Shown here piece after piece: positions 17,844 through 26,777 of a DNA stretch of 33,146 nt (positions are counted from its first letter, which is position 1; every line of letters begins with the position of its first letter). The notes under the pieces were generated by a model. That model did no database searches, was not told the DNA's origin, and was given only the letters and a program-made list of their open reading frames with translations. The DNA is taken from the sequence record SRR2962707_3789; one strand, given 5' to 3'. A program made the position numbers and the translations under genes.

Positions 17844-19667
17844 CTACCCCTCCATTTCCTCGCGCAGCATTTCCAATTCAAGCCACTCTTCTTCCATCTT
17901 GTCGTGGCTTTTTTGAAGCGCTTCAAGCTCCTTGGCCATCTTGTTAAAGCCAGAAGGGTCTTTGGCGAAGAAACTGGCGTCTGCCATTTTTTCGGACATT
18001 TGAGCCATTTTTACTGTGGCTTCTTCCATCCTGATCGGCAGTTGCTCTAACGCATATTTTTGTTTGAACGAGAGCTTGCCTTTGTTGCTCGTGCCGCCAG
18101 ATTTGGCTGGCTGCTTATCGTCTTTTTTAATCGCGGGCTTGGCGGCGGCTTTGGCTTCTTTTTCGCGGTCTTTCACCTGCGCCTGCATATCGGTATAGCC
18201 GCCTGCATAGGTAATCCAAGCGCCCGGATTTGAAGCGTCAGGCGCAATAATGGCATTGACGGTTTTGTCCAAGAAGTCACGGTCATGGCTGACCAATAGA
18301 ACCGTGCCTTTGAAGTCCGAAATCATTTCCTGCAACAGGTCTAGCGTTTCCATGTCCAAATCATTGGTTGGTTCGTCGAGCACCAGCATGTTGTTTGAGC
18401 GGGCGAGAAGCTTGGCAAGGATAAGACGTGCCTTCTCGCCGCCAGATAGTTCGCGCACCGGTGTGCGGGCTTGTTCCGGCTTGAACAAGAAGTCTTTCAT
18501 GTATGAAGCGACGTGTTTTTCTTCGCCATTGACGACCAGCGTTTGACCGCGCCCATCGGTCAAAAAATGCTCCAGCGTTTCATCTGGCTTGAGCGCATCG
18601 CGCTTTTGATCGAGCATTGCGATATCAAGATTGGTGCCATGTTTCACGGTGCCGTTGTCGGGCGCTAATTCGCCGATCAGCATCTTGATCAGTGTTGTTT
18701 TGCCAGCGCCGTTGGGGCCAACAAAACCAATGCAATCGCCGCGATGGACACGCAGTGAGAAGTCACGCACCAGCGTGCGCTCGCCATAGGCTTTAGCAAT
18801 ATTGTGCGCTTCAATGACAAGTTTGCCGGACGTGCGTACATCGCTCGCTTCCAGCTTGGCTGTGCCTTCGGCGCGCTGATGATTTTTAAAGGCGCTTTTG
18901 AGTTCAGATAGTTCACCAAGGCGGCGCATATTGCGTTTGCGGCGGCCGGATACACCATAGGTGATCCAGTGCTCTTCGCGCACAATTTTGCGCCCTAGTT
19001 TGTGCAACTCCATCTCTTCTTCTTCGAGAACTTTGTCGCGCCAGTCTTCAAACTTTGCAAATCCTTGATTGGTTTCGCGCAGGCGACCCCGATCAAGCCA
19101 TAGGGTTTTTTGGGTAATGTTTTCCAGAAAACGTCGGTCGTGCGAAATCAAGACAAGCGCGGATTTTGTGCGGCTGAGTTCACTTTCGAGCCATTCAATA
19201 ATGGGTAGGTCTAAATGGTTTGTCGGCTCATCAAGAAGCAGAACATCAGGCTCTGACACAAGCGTACGGGCCAGCGCGGCGCGGCGCGCTTCACCGCCAG
19301 ACAGGCCTTCAGGCGAGCGATCCAAATCAATGCCAAGTTCTGAGGCGAGATAATCTGCGCGGTGATCGTCATCGAGCGGCCCAAGGCCTTCGCGCACATA
19401 ATCGCCGACTGTTTTATAGCCGGTCATGAGCGGCGATTGCGGCAAGTAACGGATCGTCGAATTGCGTTCCGCAGTTATATCGCCGTCGCTTGGCTCAGTG
19501 ATGCCTGCTGCGATTTTTAGCAGTGTTGATTTGCCTGAGCCATTTCGTCCGATAAGGGCGATGCGGTCGCCGCTATGTACGGAAAAACTTGCCCCCTCAA
19601 TCAGCGGTTTGCCGCCGAAAGTGAGCATAATGTTTTCAAGTCGTAATAGGGGAGGAGCAATGGCCAT
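17844..19667 (-). CDS. uup: ABC-F family ATPase, Uup-like
   Basis: Two ABC cassettes (GRNGSGKST/LSGGE/LDEPTNHLD and GPNGAGKTT/LSGGE/LDEPTNDLD), GVSGRRKRN linker, C-terminal coiled coil, no TM segments. Confidence 0.88.
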   Translation of the reverse strand: MAIAPPLLRLENIMLTFGGKPLIEGASFSVHSGDRIALIGRNGSGKSTLLKIAAGITEPSDGDITAERNSTIRYLPQSPLMTGYKTVGDYVREGLGPLDDDHRADYLASELGIDLDRSPEGLSGGEARRAALARTLVSEPDVLLLDEPTNHLDLPIIEWLESELSRTKSALVLISHDRRFLENITQKTLWLDRGRLRETNQGFAKFEDWRDKVLEEEEMELHKLGRKIVREEHWITYGVSGRRKRNMRRLGELSELKSAFKNHQRAEGTAKLEASDVRTSGKLVIEAHNIAKAYGERTLVRDFSLRVHRGDCIGFVGPNGAGKTTLIKMLIGELAPDNGTVKHGTNLDIAMLDQKRDALKPDETLEHFLTDGRGQTLVVNGEEKHVASYMKDFLFKPEQARTPVRELSGGEKARLILAKLLARSNNMLVLDEPTNDLDMETLDLLQEMISDFKGTVLLVSHDRDFLDKTVNAIIAPDASNPGAWITYAGGYTDMQAQVKDREKEAKAAAKPAIKKDDKQPAKSGGTSNKGKLSFKQKYALEQLPIRMEEATVKMAQMSEKMADASFFAKDPSGFNKMAKELEALQKSHDKMEEEWLELEMLREEMEG

Positions 19668-19729
19668 AAAATTTTTCTGTTTGGATTTGAACTAGGCTTT
19701 GGCCTGTTGCGCGCTTGAAATCAAGCAGC

Positions 19730-19757
19730 AAAAAACCCGCCCCTTGCGAGGCGGGTC
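19730..19757 (-). terminator. Intrinsic terminator of the lipoprotein gene
   Basis: Minus strand GACCCGCCTC-GCAA-GGGGCGGGTT followed by a T run. GNRA tetraloop. Confidence 0.85.
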
Positions 19758-19778
19758 TAAATTTACGTTAAAGGATGA

Positions 19779-20045
19779 TTAGCAAGCAGCTTTGTAGTAG
19801 CCGCCTTTACCGTTTGCATAGTAGCAATCGTTAGAATTTTTCGCGACGCGGCCAATGATAACGCCTGCTGCTGCACCAGCTGCTGCGCTAAGAAGAATTG
19901 TACTTGCATTGGCGCCTGCAACAACGGCTGCTACTGTACCAACGCCAGCGCCGATTGCGCCTGAATTCGTGTCTGATGTTGAGCAACCTGTCGCAACAGA
20001 GCCCATAAGTGCGATCGCTGCGATCGTAGCTGTAACTTTTTTCAT
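19779..20045 (-). CDS. Small glycine-zipper lipoprotein
   Basis: AAGGAGA RBS, MKK signal peptide with lipobox VATG|C, GAIGAGVG…AAAGAAAGVIIG zipper, C-terminal CYY…C pair. Confidence 0.85.
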   Translation of the reverse strand: MKKVTATIAAIALMGSVATGCSTSDTNSGAIGAGVGTVAAVVAGANASTILLSAAAGAAAGVIIGRVAKNSNDCYYANGKGGYYKAAC

Positions 20046-20138
20046 GTCAGTCTCCTTTGGTGCGCATTCATATGTCCAAAATTGGATTAGATATGTGAAT
20101 ATACGCCTATTAATTGTGATCGAAAAGTGCCCTTCATG

Positions 20139-20783
20139 TCAAATTATGGACTGGACTATGGCAATTGCATGTCCATTCTCTAAATTCACTGTCACATTTC
20201 CTGTAGCTACGTTAGAAAGTGTGTGACTGGAGCCAAGTTCTATTGTCACGTTGTGCAATGGCCACTTCACGCCGGTGATCGATAGGCCTTTTAGTTCGCT
20301 AAATGGTATAATTGAGAAAGTTGCTCCCTCAGAAGCTTGTAATTCTAAGGCCTTCTCAGGCACGAGCGGAAAGGCGTTTTCCGACCCATTGCTGATTTCA
20401 AATGCAATATCAGGGTATTTTATGGCCGCATGAAGCATGTTCAGGGCGTTAAAAAACGCATGATCTGTGCGTTTTCCGCCAAGCGCACCCAGAAGTGTGA
20501 TTCTTTCCGGATTTAACGCCAAAGCTTCATCCACGGCTAATTCGCCATCGGATTTTGCCTTTGCCGCTGGAAGGGTGATCCGGCGCACGGTTTCATATTT
20601 TTCTAAGTCTGCTGGGCTGGCTGAATCAAAATCACCGATCCAGAGTTCGGGCGTTAGTTTTAATGCTTCTGCATGGCGAATGCCGCCATCGGCCGCAATG
20701 ACATAGCTGTGTTTGACCTGACTAATCAGGTCTTTTGTGACGACGAGGTCACCATCTAAAAGCACGGTCACATGTTTAATCAT
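20139..20783 (-). CDS. thiN: Thiamine pyrophosphokinase
   Basis: IAADGG, WIGDFDS, KSDGELA, GALGGKRTDH, GVKWPL and LSN motifs. Divergent from the thiamine ABC operon. Confidence 0.93.
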   Translation of the reverse strand: MIKHVTVLLDGDLVVTKDLISQVKHSYVIAADGGIRHAEALKLTPELWIGDFDSASPADLEKYETVRRITLPAAKAKSDGELAVDEALALNPERITLLGALGGKRTDHAFFNALNMLHAAIKYPDIAFEISNGSENAFPLVPEKALELQASEGATFSIIPFSELKGLSITGVKWPLHNVTIELGSSHTLSNVATGNVTVNLENGHAIAIVQSII

Positions 20784-20831
20784 GCCGTTTTATTACGCGT
20801 TGGACCGTGCTTTCGCAATCTATGATTGGCC

Positions 20832-20860
20832 TTGATGCAATGCAAAGTGGGTGTTAAAAA
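20832..20860 (+). promoter_or_regulatory. Candidate sigma70 promoter for the TPP riboswitch-thiBPQ transcript
   Basis: TTGATG-17 nt-TAAAAA with TGT before the -10. The predicted start (about 20867) coincides with the 5' end of the aptamer. Confidence 0.45.
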
Positions 20861-20867
20861 GCACCTT

Positions 20868-20949
20868 GTCTAACGGGGTGCCGCTTGCGGCTGAGAGGAT
20901 GTCCAACCCGTAGAACCTGATCCGGCTAGCACCGGCGTAGGGATTAGGC
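20868..20949 (+). ncRNA. TPP riboswitch (THI element) aptamer
   Basis: GGGGTG…CTGAGA…ACCCG-TAGAACCTGATCCGG…ACCGGCGTAGGGA core and P1 GTCTAA/TTAGGC. Directly upstream of thiB. Confidence 0.97.
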
Positions 20950-20979
20950 GCAGATGTTAGGTTTCCCCTTATCGCTGTG

Positions 20980-21008
20980 TTTTTTCCCTTGTTTTTACAA
21001 GGAGAGAA
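20980..21008 (+). promoter_or_regulatory. RBS-sequestering hairpin (riboswitch expression platform)
   Basis: CCTTGT (20987-20992) pairs with ACAAGG (20997-21002), extended by a T run against GAGAA. This occludes the AAGGAG RBS of thiB. Confidence 0.7.
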
Positions 21009-21011
21009 GAT

Positions 21012-22007
21012 TTGAAATATCTTACAATGACTGCAGCCTTTTTGGCTGGTTTTGCCCCGATTGCTGCGCAAGCGGCTGATTTGACGATTTATACCTATGA
21101 AAGCTTCACCGCCGATTGGGGCCCTGGCCCGATGGTTGAAAAAGCATTTGAAGCACAATGCGGATGTGATGTTGAGTTCGTCTCTGTCGCAGACGGTGTC
21201 GTATTGCTTAATCGCCTGCGTCTTGAGGGCGATAAAACAGATGCTGATATCGTTTTGGGCCTTGATCAAAATCTTGTGACCGAAGCCAAAGAGAGCGGAT
21301 TTTTCGCGCCTTATAGCGCCGATATTTCGGGTTTAACCTTGCCTATTGATTGGCAAGACGATGTGTTTGTGCCTTATGATTTTGGCTATTTTGCTGTTAT
21401 TTATGATACGCAGAAAATTGCTAACCCGCCGAAAAGCATGGCTGAATTTCTCGATTTTGATCCATCGATGAAGATTGCTATTCAAGATCCACGCACTTCA
21501 ACGCCCGGTCTTGGCTTTATGCTTTGGCTGCGTGATCTTTATGGTGATGATGCGCCTGCGGCCTATGAAAAACTCAAAGAGCGTGTGCTGACAATTACGC
21601 CTGGTTGGTCAGAAGCCTATGGGCTTTTTACTGACGGTGAAGTGCCGATGGTGCTTTCTTATACAACCTCTCCAGCCTATCACATGATTGCTGAGAGCAA
21701 TGAGCGTTACCAAGCGGCGGCATTTTCCGAGGGGCATTATTTGCAGGTTGAATTAGCGGCTAAAACCAAAGCAGGTGCGGATAATCCCTATGCCGACCAG
21801 TTTTTAGAATTCATGGTCAGCCCTGCGTTTCAAGACGTCATTCCTGAGACAAATTGGATGTTGCCAGCGGCGGTAACCTCTGCGCCGCTTAATCCGGTGT
21901 TCGACCAAATGGTTCAACCTGACAAAGCGCTTATGATCGCGCCGAACGTTGTTGCAGCCAATCGTAAAGCATGGCTGGATGAATGGCTTGAGGTAATGAG
22001 CCGCTAA
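21012..22007 (+). CDS. thiB: Thiamine ABC transporter substrate-binding protein
   Basis: Signal peptide, LTIYTYESF…[25 protein letters not shown] and [12 protein letters not shown] start. Confidence 0.96.
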   Translation: MKYLTMTAAFLAGFAPIAAQAADLTIYTYESFTADWGPGPMVEKAFEAQCGCDVEFVSVADGVVLLNRLRLEGDKTDADIVLGLDQNLVTEAKESGFFAPYSADISGLTLPIDWQDDVFVPYDFGYFAVIYDTQKIANPPKSMAEFLDFDPSMKIAIQDPRTSTPGLGFMLWLRDLYGDDAPAAYEKLKERVLTITPGWSEAYGLFTDGEVPMVLSYTTSPAYHMIAESNERYQAAAFSEGHYLQVELAAKTKAGADNPYADQFLEFMVSPAFQDVIPETNWMLPAAVTSAPLNPVFDQMVQPDKALMIAPNVVAANRKAWLDEWLEVMSR

Positions 22008-22012
22008 TTAAA

Positions 22013-23647
22013 ATGGCCCCAGTGATGCGCATGTCTAAGTTTAGTCCAGCGGCGGGTATTCCGTTGCTGGCACTTGGTGCATTGGGGCTATTGGCTTTTG
22101 GCGCTGTTGGCGCGCTGGTCTATTTTGCATTTACTGGCGATGGATTTGCGCCGATCAATGTTCTCTTTGGCGAACCGATCATTTGGCGCTATGCCCGCTT
22201 TACACTTTGGCAGGCGTTTTTATCGACATTGATTTCGGTTGTTATTGCCGCGCCGGTCGCGGTGGTTTTGTTTGAGAATAAGAGCTTTCGCGGGCGTGAG
22301 TTTTTACTGCGTCTTTTTGCTTTGCCTTTGGTATTGCCGCAAATCGTTGCGGTTTTGGCCATAGTTTCGCTTTATGGCAATCAAGGTTTTGTCACGCTTG
22401 GGCTTGAAAATATTGGCGTTAATTTCCCCTCTATTTATGGCTTGAACGGTATTTTGATTGCGCATGTGTTTTTCAATTTTCCGCTCATTGTGCGCGTTGT
22501 GCTTGGTGTTTTAAGTTCCATGCCGAGCGAATATGAGCGGCTTGCCCATCAATTGTCTTTGGGTCTTATTGACCGTTTTCGTTTCGTTTATCTTCCCTAT
22601 GCGCGGCCAGCGATTTTTAACGCTGCATCATTGGTGTTCATGCTGTGCGTGACATCATTTACGGTCGTGCTGACGCTGGGCGGTGGGCCACGTGCCACCA
22701 CTTTGGAAGTTGCTATCTATCAAGCGCTCACCTTTGATTTTGATGTGGGGCGGGCCGTTATACTGACTTTTCTACAGCTTGGTTTGACGGTGATCGCAGT
22801 CATTATCTTTGCGCGTGCTGGCGGTGAGTTAAATTCAGGCGTCACTCTTCAGTCGGGCCGCGCGATGGTGGAACGAAAGGCACGCGCGGTGCTTGCGCTT
22901 AACTATGGGGTTATTCTTGTTGCTGGGCTCTTTGTGGTTGCGCCATTTGTGGCAATTCTGATCAAAGGGCTTGGAGCTGATTTGATAAAACTAATGGGGC
23001 AAAGCGCGGTGCAACGCGCGATCTTCACCAGCCTTTTTTTAGGGCTTGGCTCAGGCATTCTCGCCGTCTGCTGTGCGCTTGCACTTGCCGAAGGGTCGGT
23101 GCGCGCGCGCCGCGATAGTCGTTTGAATCGCTGGCTTTTCAGCAATGCGGGGTCTCTTATTTTGGTGATGCCGCCGATTGTTATTGCATCCGGTTGGTTC
23201 ATTTTGCTCAGGCCATTTGTGCGGGTTTATGATGCTGCGCCCTATATGGTGATCGCGGTCAATGCGGCGATGGCACTGCCCTTTGCGATGCCGTTTATTT
23301 TGCCAGCGCGGCAAGTGGCGGCGCAGCGTCATGACCGGCTCTGTGCGCAGCTTGGCATTGCTGGATGGCAGAAATGGCGGCTTATCCTTTTGCCCGTGAT
23401 GGCAAAGCCTCTGTGGATCGCCTTTGCCTTCGCCTTTGCGCTGTCACTTGGCGATCTTGGCGTTATTGCCTTGTTTGGTTCAGAAAAAGTGCAGACGCTG
23501 CCTTATCTTATTTTGCAGCGTATGGGCAGTTACCGCACGGACGATGCGGCAGGGCTGGCGCTTATTTTATGTGTGGTTACATTGGCGCTGATTTACATCG
23601 CGGACCGCGTTGACCGGTCAAACAGCAAGGGCACTTTAAATGGTTGA
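22013..23647 (+). CDS. thiP: Thiamine ABC transporter permease
   Basis: FTLWQAFLST, AHVFFNFP, LTLGGGPRATTLEVAIYQ and LSLGDLGVIALFGS motifs. Duplicated permease domain. Confidence 0.95.
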   Translation: MAPVMRMSKFSPAAGIPLLALGALGLLAFGAVGALVYFAFTGDGFAPINVLFGEPIIWRYARFTLWQAFLSTLISVVIAAPVAVVLFENKSFRGREFLLRLFALPLVLPQIVAVLAIVSLYGNQGFVTLGLENIGVNFPSIYGLNGILIAHVFFNFPLIVRVVLGVLSSMPSEYERLAHQLSLGLIDRFRFVYLPYARPAIFNAASLVFMLCVTSFTVVLTLGGGPRATTLEVAIYQALTFDFDVGRAVILTFLQLGLTVIAVIIFARAGGELNSGVTLQSGRAMVERKARAVLALNYGVILVAGLFVVAPFVAILIKGLGADLIKLMGQSAVQRAIFTSLFLGLGSGILAVCCALALAEGSVRARRDSRLNRWLFSNAGSLILVMPPIVIASGWFILLRPFVRVYDAAPYMVIAVNAAMALPFAMPFILPARQVAAQRHDRLCAQLGIAGWQKWRLILLPVMAKPLWIAFAFAFALSLGDLGVIALFGSEKVQTLPYLILQRMGSYRTDDAAGLALILCVVTLALIYIADRVDRSNSKGTLNG

Positions 23648-24377
23648 TCATCCGGCGTGCGAGCTGCGCGATCTCACATTTTCCTATGATGGGAATAATG
23701 CCGATGGCGCGATGGTGTTTGATTGCGCGTTCGCGCCGCGTAAAATTACGGCCATTATGGGCTCAAGTGGTTCTGGCAAATCAACGATGTTGTCATTGAT
23801 CGCAGGCTTTGAACGGCCTGCTTCTGGCACAATTATTTTAAACGGCGAAGATATGACCGCCGTGCCGCCCGCCGAGCGTCCGCTTTCCATGGTGTTTCAA
23901 GACAATAATCTTTTTGCCCATATGAGCATTGAGAAGAATGTCGCGCTTGGCATTTCACCTTCATTGAAATTGAATGAAAGCGAGCGTGTAACTGTTCGCA
24001 AAGCACTCATCAGCGTTGGCCTTGAAGGCTATGGCACACGGATGCCAGCCAATGTGTCTGGCGGTCAGCGCCAGCGCGTTGCGCTTGCCCGCGTTTTGGT
24101 GCGCAACAAGCCGATATTGCTATTGGATGAGGCCTTTGGCTCGCTTGGACCGGGCTTGAGCGAAGAAATGCTGGATCTTGTTGCTGCGCTCAGTGCATCC
24201 AATGGATTAACGACCTTGATGGTGACCCACGAGCCTGATGATGCGCTGCGCATTGCGCAAAATTTGGTTTTTCTGGATCAAGGCCGCGTGGTTTATTCAG
24301 GTTCTGTGGATGCGCTTTTACCGGGAAAAAAAGCCAACGCACATATCGCAGCCTATCTTGGCGATGACAATAAATGA
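23640..24377 (+). CDS. thiQ: Thiamine ABC transporter ATP-binding protein
   Basis: GSSGSGKST, FQDNNLFAH, SGGQRQRVALAR and LLDE motifs. Overlaps the thiP stop. Confidence 0.93.
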   Translation: MVDHPACELRDLTFSYDGNNADGAMVFDCAFAPRKITAIMGSSGSGKSTMLSLIAGFERPASGTIILNGEDMTAVPPAERPLSMVFQDNNLFAHMSIEKNVALGISPSLKLNESERVTVRKALISVGLEGYGTRMPANVSGGQRQRVALARVLVRNKPILLLDEAFGSLGPGLSEEMLDLVAALSASNGLTTLMVTHEPDDALRIAQNLVFLDQGRVVYSGSVDALLPGKKANAHIAAYLGDDNK

Positions 24378-24416
24378 TCTGCTAGCCAAGCATTTTTAAA
24401 GCGTCTCTTGTCAGAT

Positions 24417-25220
24417 TTATTGTCCGATTAGATTGGGTAAGTCTTTTAGAAGGCTTTCTTGTGCGCGACGCGATGCACTTTTTGCTTGCCGCTTATCGTC
24501 TTGAATCAGCCGTGCAAAAACCACCTGATTATCGCCCTTATTTGCCCACCCTACAAACCAGCCCCACCCCCGTGATCGATTGAAACTTCTGTCAGCATTT
24601 CGTGGAAATGCAGATCCGGTCTTGCCGAAGGCGGACCATCCGCCTCCAGTTTTAAAAGATTGAATGATGCTTTTCGTGTGATCCACGGCCTGATGGGTGG
24701 CTGGCAGTTGATAATTTAGCATCCGCGAAAGAAAACGAAGCTGTTCTCTTGGCGATATTTTTAGTGATGAACTGATCCATGCCCTTTCCAGGGCGTTATC
24801 ATACCCCTTGTCACCGGAGAAATCAGCGTTGCCATAGTCAAGTTTTCGCAAGTAATCCTCAATGGAGATGGCCCCCAATTGTTTGGTTATTTGTTGTGAG
24901 TACCAAACCACGGAATATTTCATCCAATGCGTTGGATCGGTGTCCCTTCGCCATTCTTTGCCACCCCAATCTACATAACCCTCCTTAAATGGAAGGGTTG
25001 GTGTGGTGCTTGATTTCAACACGCCAGCATCATAGCCAATGAGTGCCAGAGCAATTTTGAAAGTTGATGCGGGCGTTGTTCTTGCATCACACGAGCCATT
25101 TTCATGGATAATTTTTCCGCTTTTGATATCTTGTATCAATGTGCAAACGGCTTCTGCACGGCTGCTAAATGGCGCGAATATCAAAAGAAACAGCGCGGCG
25201 GCGATTGTTCTGTTTATCAT
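24417..25220 (-). CDS. blaOXA: Class D (OXA-type) serine beta-lactamase
   Basis: Signal peptide followed by STFK, SVV, YGN, W…SLKISP, KTG and GWFVGW class D motifs. Confidence 0.93.
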   Translation of the reverse strand: MINRTIAAALFLLIFAPFSSRAEAVCTLIQDIKSGKIIHENGSCDARTTPASTFKIALALIGYDAGVLKSSTTPTLPFKEGYVDWGGKEWRRDTDPTHWMKYSVVWYSQQITKQLGAISIEDYLRKLDYGNADFSGDKGYDNALERAWISSSLKISPREQLRFLSRMLNYQLPATHQAVDHTKSIIQSFKTGGGWSAFGKTGSAFPRNADRSFNRSRGWGWFVGWANKGDNQVVFARLIQDDKRQAKSASRRAQESLLKDLPNLIGQ

Positions 25221-25547
25221 TTTGCACTTTCGTCGTTAGGCAATTAGCTGTTTGCCTCATGTGTTGGCGAAGATTGTTTCGCCTATAGAAATTATGATGA
25301 AGTAAGAGCACATTGAAATCTTCATTTTAAATGTGCCTAATTTTAAATCTATGGCCAAATTAGCGGCAAATTTGGCTTTGTTAGGTCAGTCGCTTTCAAG
25401 GAAACTTCTGCCGAAAACAGCACGATTTTCAGGGGGCAACTATAATTTAAAACGCTTCACAAATCTGCATATCTTAATGCATTGAATATGCTATGTGTTT
25501 GAGTTGTTCGGAAGCAATTTTGCTTCTTTATTGATAGGCAATAGAAC

Positions 25548-26591
25548 ATGTCTAAGCGCAAGCCTTTTCAAATAGGTACTCATGTAATTGAGGCGGGCAC
25601 ACGCCAAACAATTGATGTTCCTGTCAGTGCGCTATCAGATAATACGCCTGTTTCCATGTCTATGCATGTGGTTCACGGAAAGCGCGAAGGGCCAGCGGTA
25701 TTCGTCAGTGCGGCGATCCACGGCGATGAAGTGATCGGCGTTGAGATCGTGCGGCGATTATTGCGTGCGCCAAATCTAGCCAAACTGCGCGGAACGCTGA
25801 TTGTTATTCCGATTGTGAACGCTTTTGGTTTTATCAATCGCTCGCGCTATTTGCCAGACCGGCGTGATTTAAACCGTGTGTTCCCGGGCGATAAGGGCGG
25901 CTCGCTTGCTGCGCGTATTGCCAATATATTTGCAACGGAAATTGTTGATCGCTGCGATCTTGGCATTGATCTTCACTCGGCAGCCGTTCACCGCATGAAC
26001 TATCCGCAAATTCGTATTTCGCCCAACAATGTGAAAACATTGGAATTGGCTGAAGTATTTGGTGCGCCGGTTATCATGCAGTCTCCTATCCGCGATGGTT
26101 CCTTGCGCGGCGTTGCTAAGGCGCGCGGCAAAGATGTGCTGCTGTTTGAAGCTGGCGAAGGGCTTCGATTTGATGAGTATTCGGTTCGCGTGGGTGTTGC
26201 CGGTATTTTGCGCGTGCTTCGCCATATGAGCATGTTGCCATCGAAAGGCATTGAAAAAGCAAAGTCCAAACCGCAATATTGCTCATCGAGTAAATGGCTG
26301 CGCGCGCCAACAGGCGGACTTATCAGAACCTTTCGTGCCAATGGTGAACTTGTGCATCAGGGTGACTTGATGGCCTCTGTAGCTGATCCATTTGGTGATA
26401 AGGAACAGGAAATCGTTGCGCCATTTGACGGCATTATTGTCGGCCGCGCGGTGTTGCCAGTTGTTAATGAAGGCGATGCAGTCTTTCACTTGGCGCGTGT
26501 TGGATCGGTGCGCAAAGCAGAAACAATTGTTGAGAATTTGAGCAATCAAATGGGTGATGACCCAATGTTTGATGAAGATGAAATCATATAA
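25548..26591 (+). CDS. Succinylglutamate desuccinylase/aspartoacylase family (M14-like) hydrolase
   Basis: AAIHGDE, DLNRVFPG, IDLHS and FEAGE motifs, with a biotinyl/lipoyl-like C-terminal region. Confidence 0.9.
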   Translation: MSKRKPFQIGTHVIEAGTRQTIDVPVSALSDNTPVSMSMHVVHGKREGPAVFVSAAIHGDEVIGVEIVRRLLRAPNLAKLRGTLIVIPIVNAFGFINRSRYLPDRRDLNRVFPGDKGGSLAARIANIFATEIVDRCDLGIDLHSAAVHRMNYPQIRISPNNVKTLELAEVFGAPVIMQSPIRDGSLRGVAKARGKDVLLFEAGEGLRFDEYSVRVGVAGILRVLRHMSMLPSKGIEKAKSKPQYCSSSKWLRAPTGGLIRTFRANGELVHQGDLMASVADPFGDKEQEIVAPFDGIIVGRAVLPVVNEGDAVFHLARVGSVRKAETIVENLSNQMGDDPMFDEDEII

Positions 26592-26777
26592 TTCTCGGTT
26601 TTTGTTCAGCTAAGGTTGCTGCATTTTGGGTAAAATTAGTGGCAAAATTGACGTAGTTTTGACGAATTTACCCTACAATGGTTCAGTGAAATCAATGTTT
26701 TGCTTTGCTCTCGGGCGTGATGCCGCTATTGCAGGTTTAATGGAATCAATGCCGCTTTTTGAGAGCGGCGAAATATA

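Noticed and set aside
19713..19726. GCTTGA-AA-TCAAGC palindrome upstream of the ABC-F gene
   Set aside because: The spacing is wrong for FNR, there is no other support, and it is short enough to be chance.
20832..20845. TTGATGCAATGCAA as an FNR/FixK box
   Set aside because: There are two mismatches in the right half. It is better explained as the -35 of the thiB promoter.
25351..25485. 44-codon ORF (MAKLAANL…) between blaOXA and the AstE-family gene
   Set aside because: It has no RBS, no recognisable similarity to rimK or ampR fragments, and an AT-rich promoter-like context.
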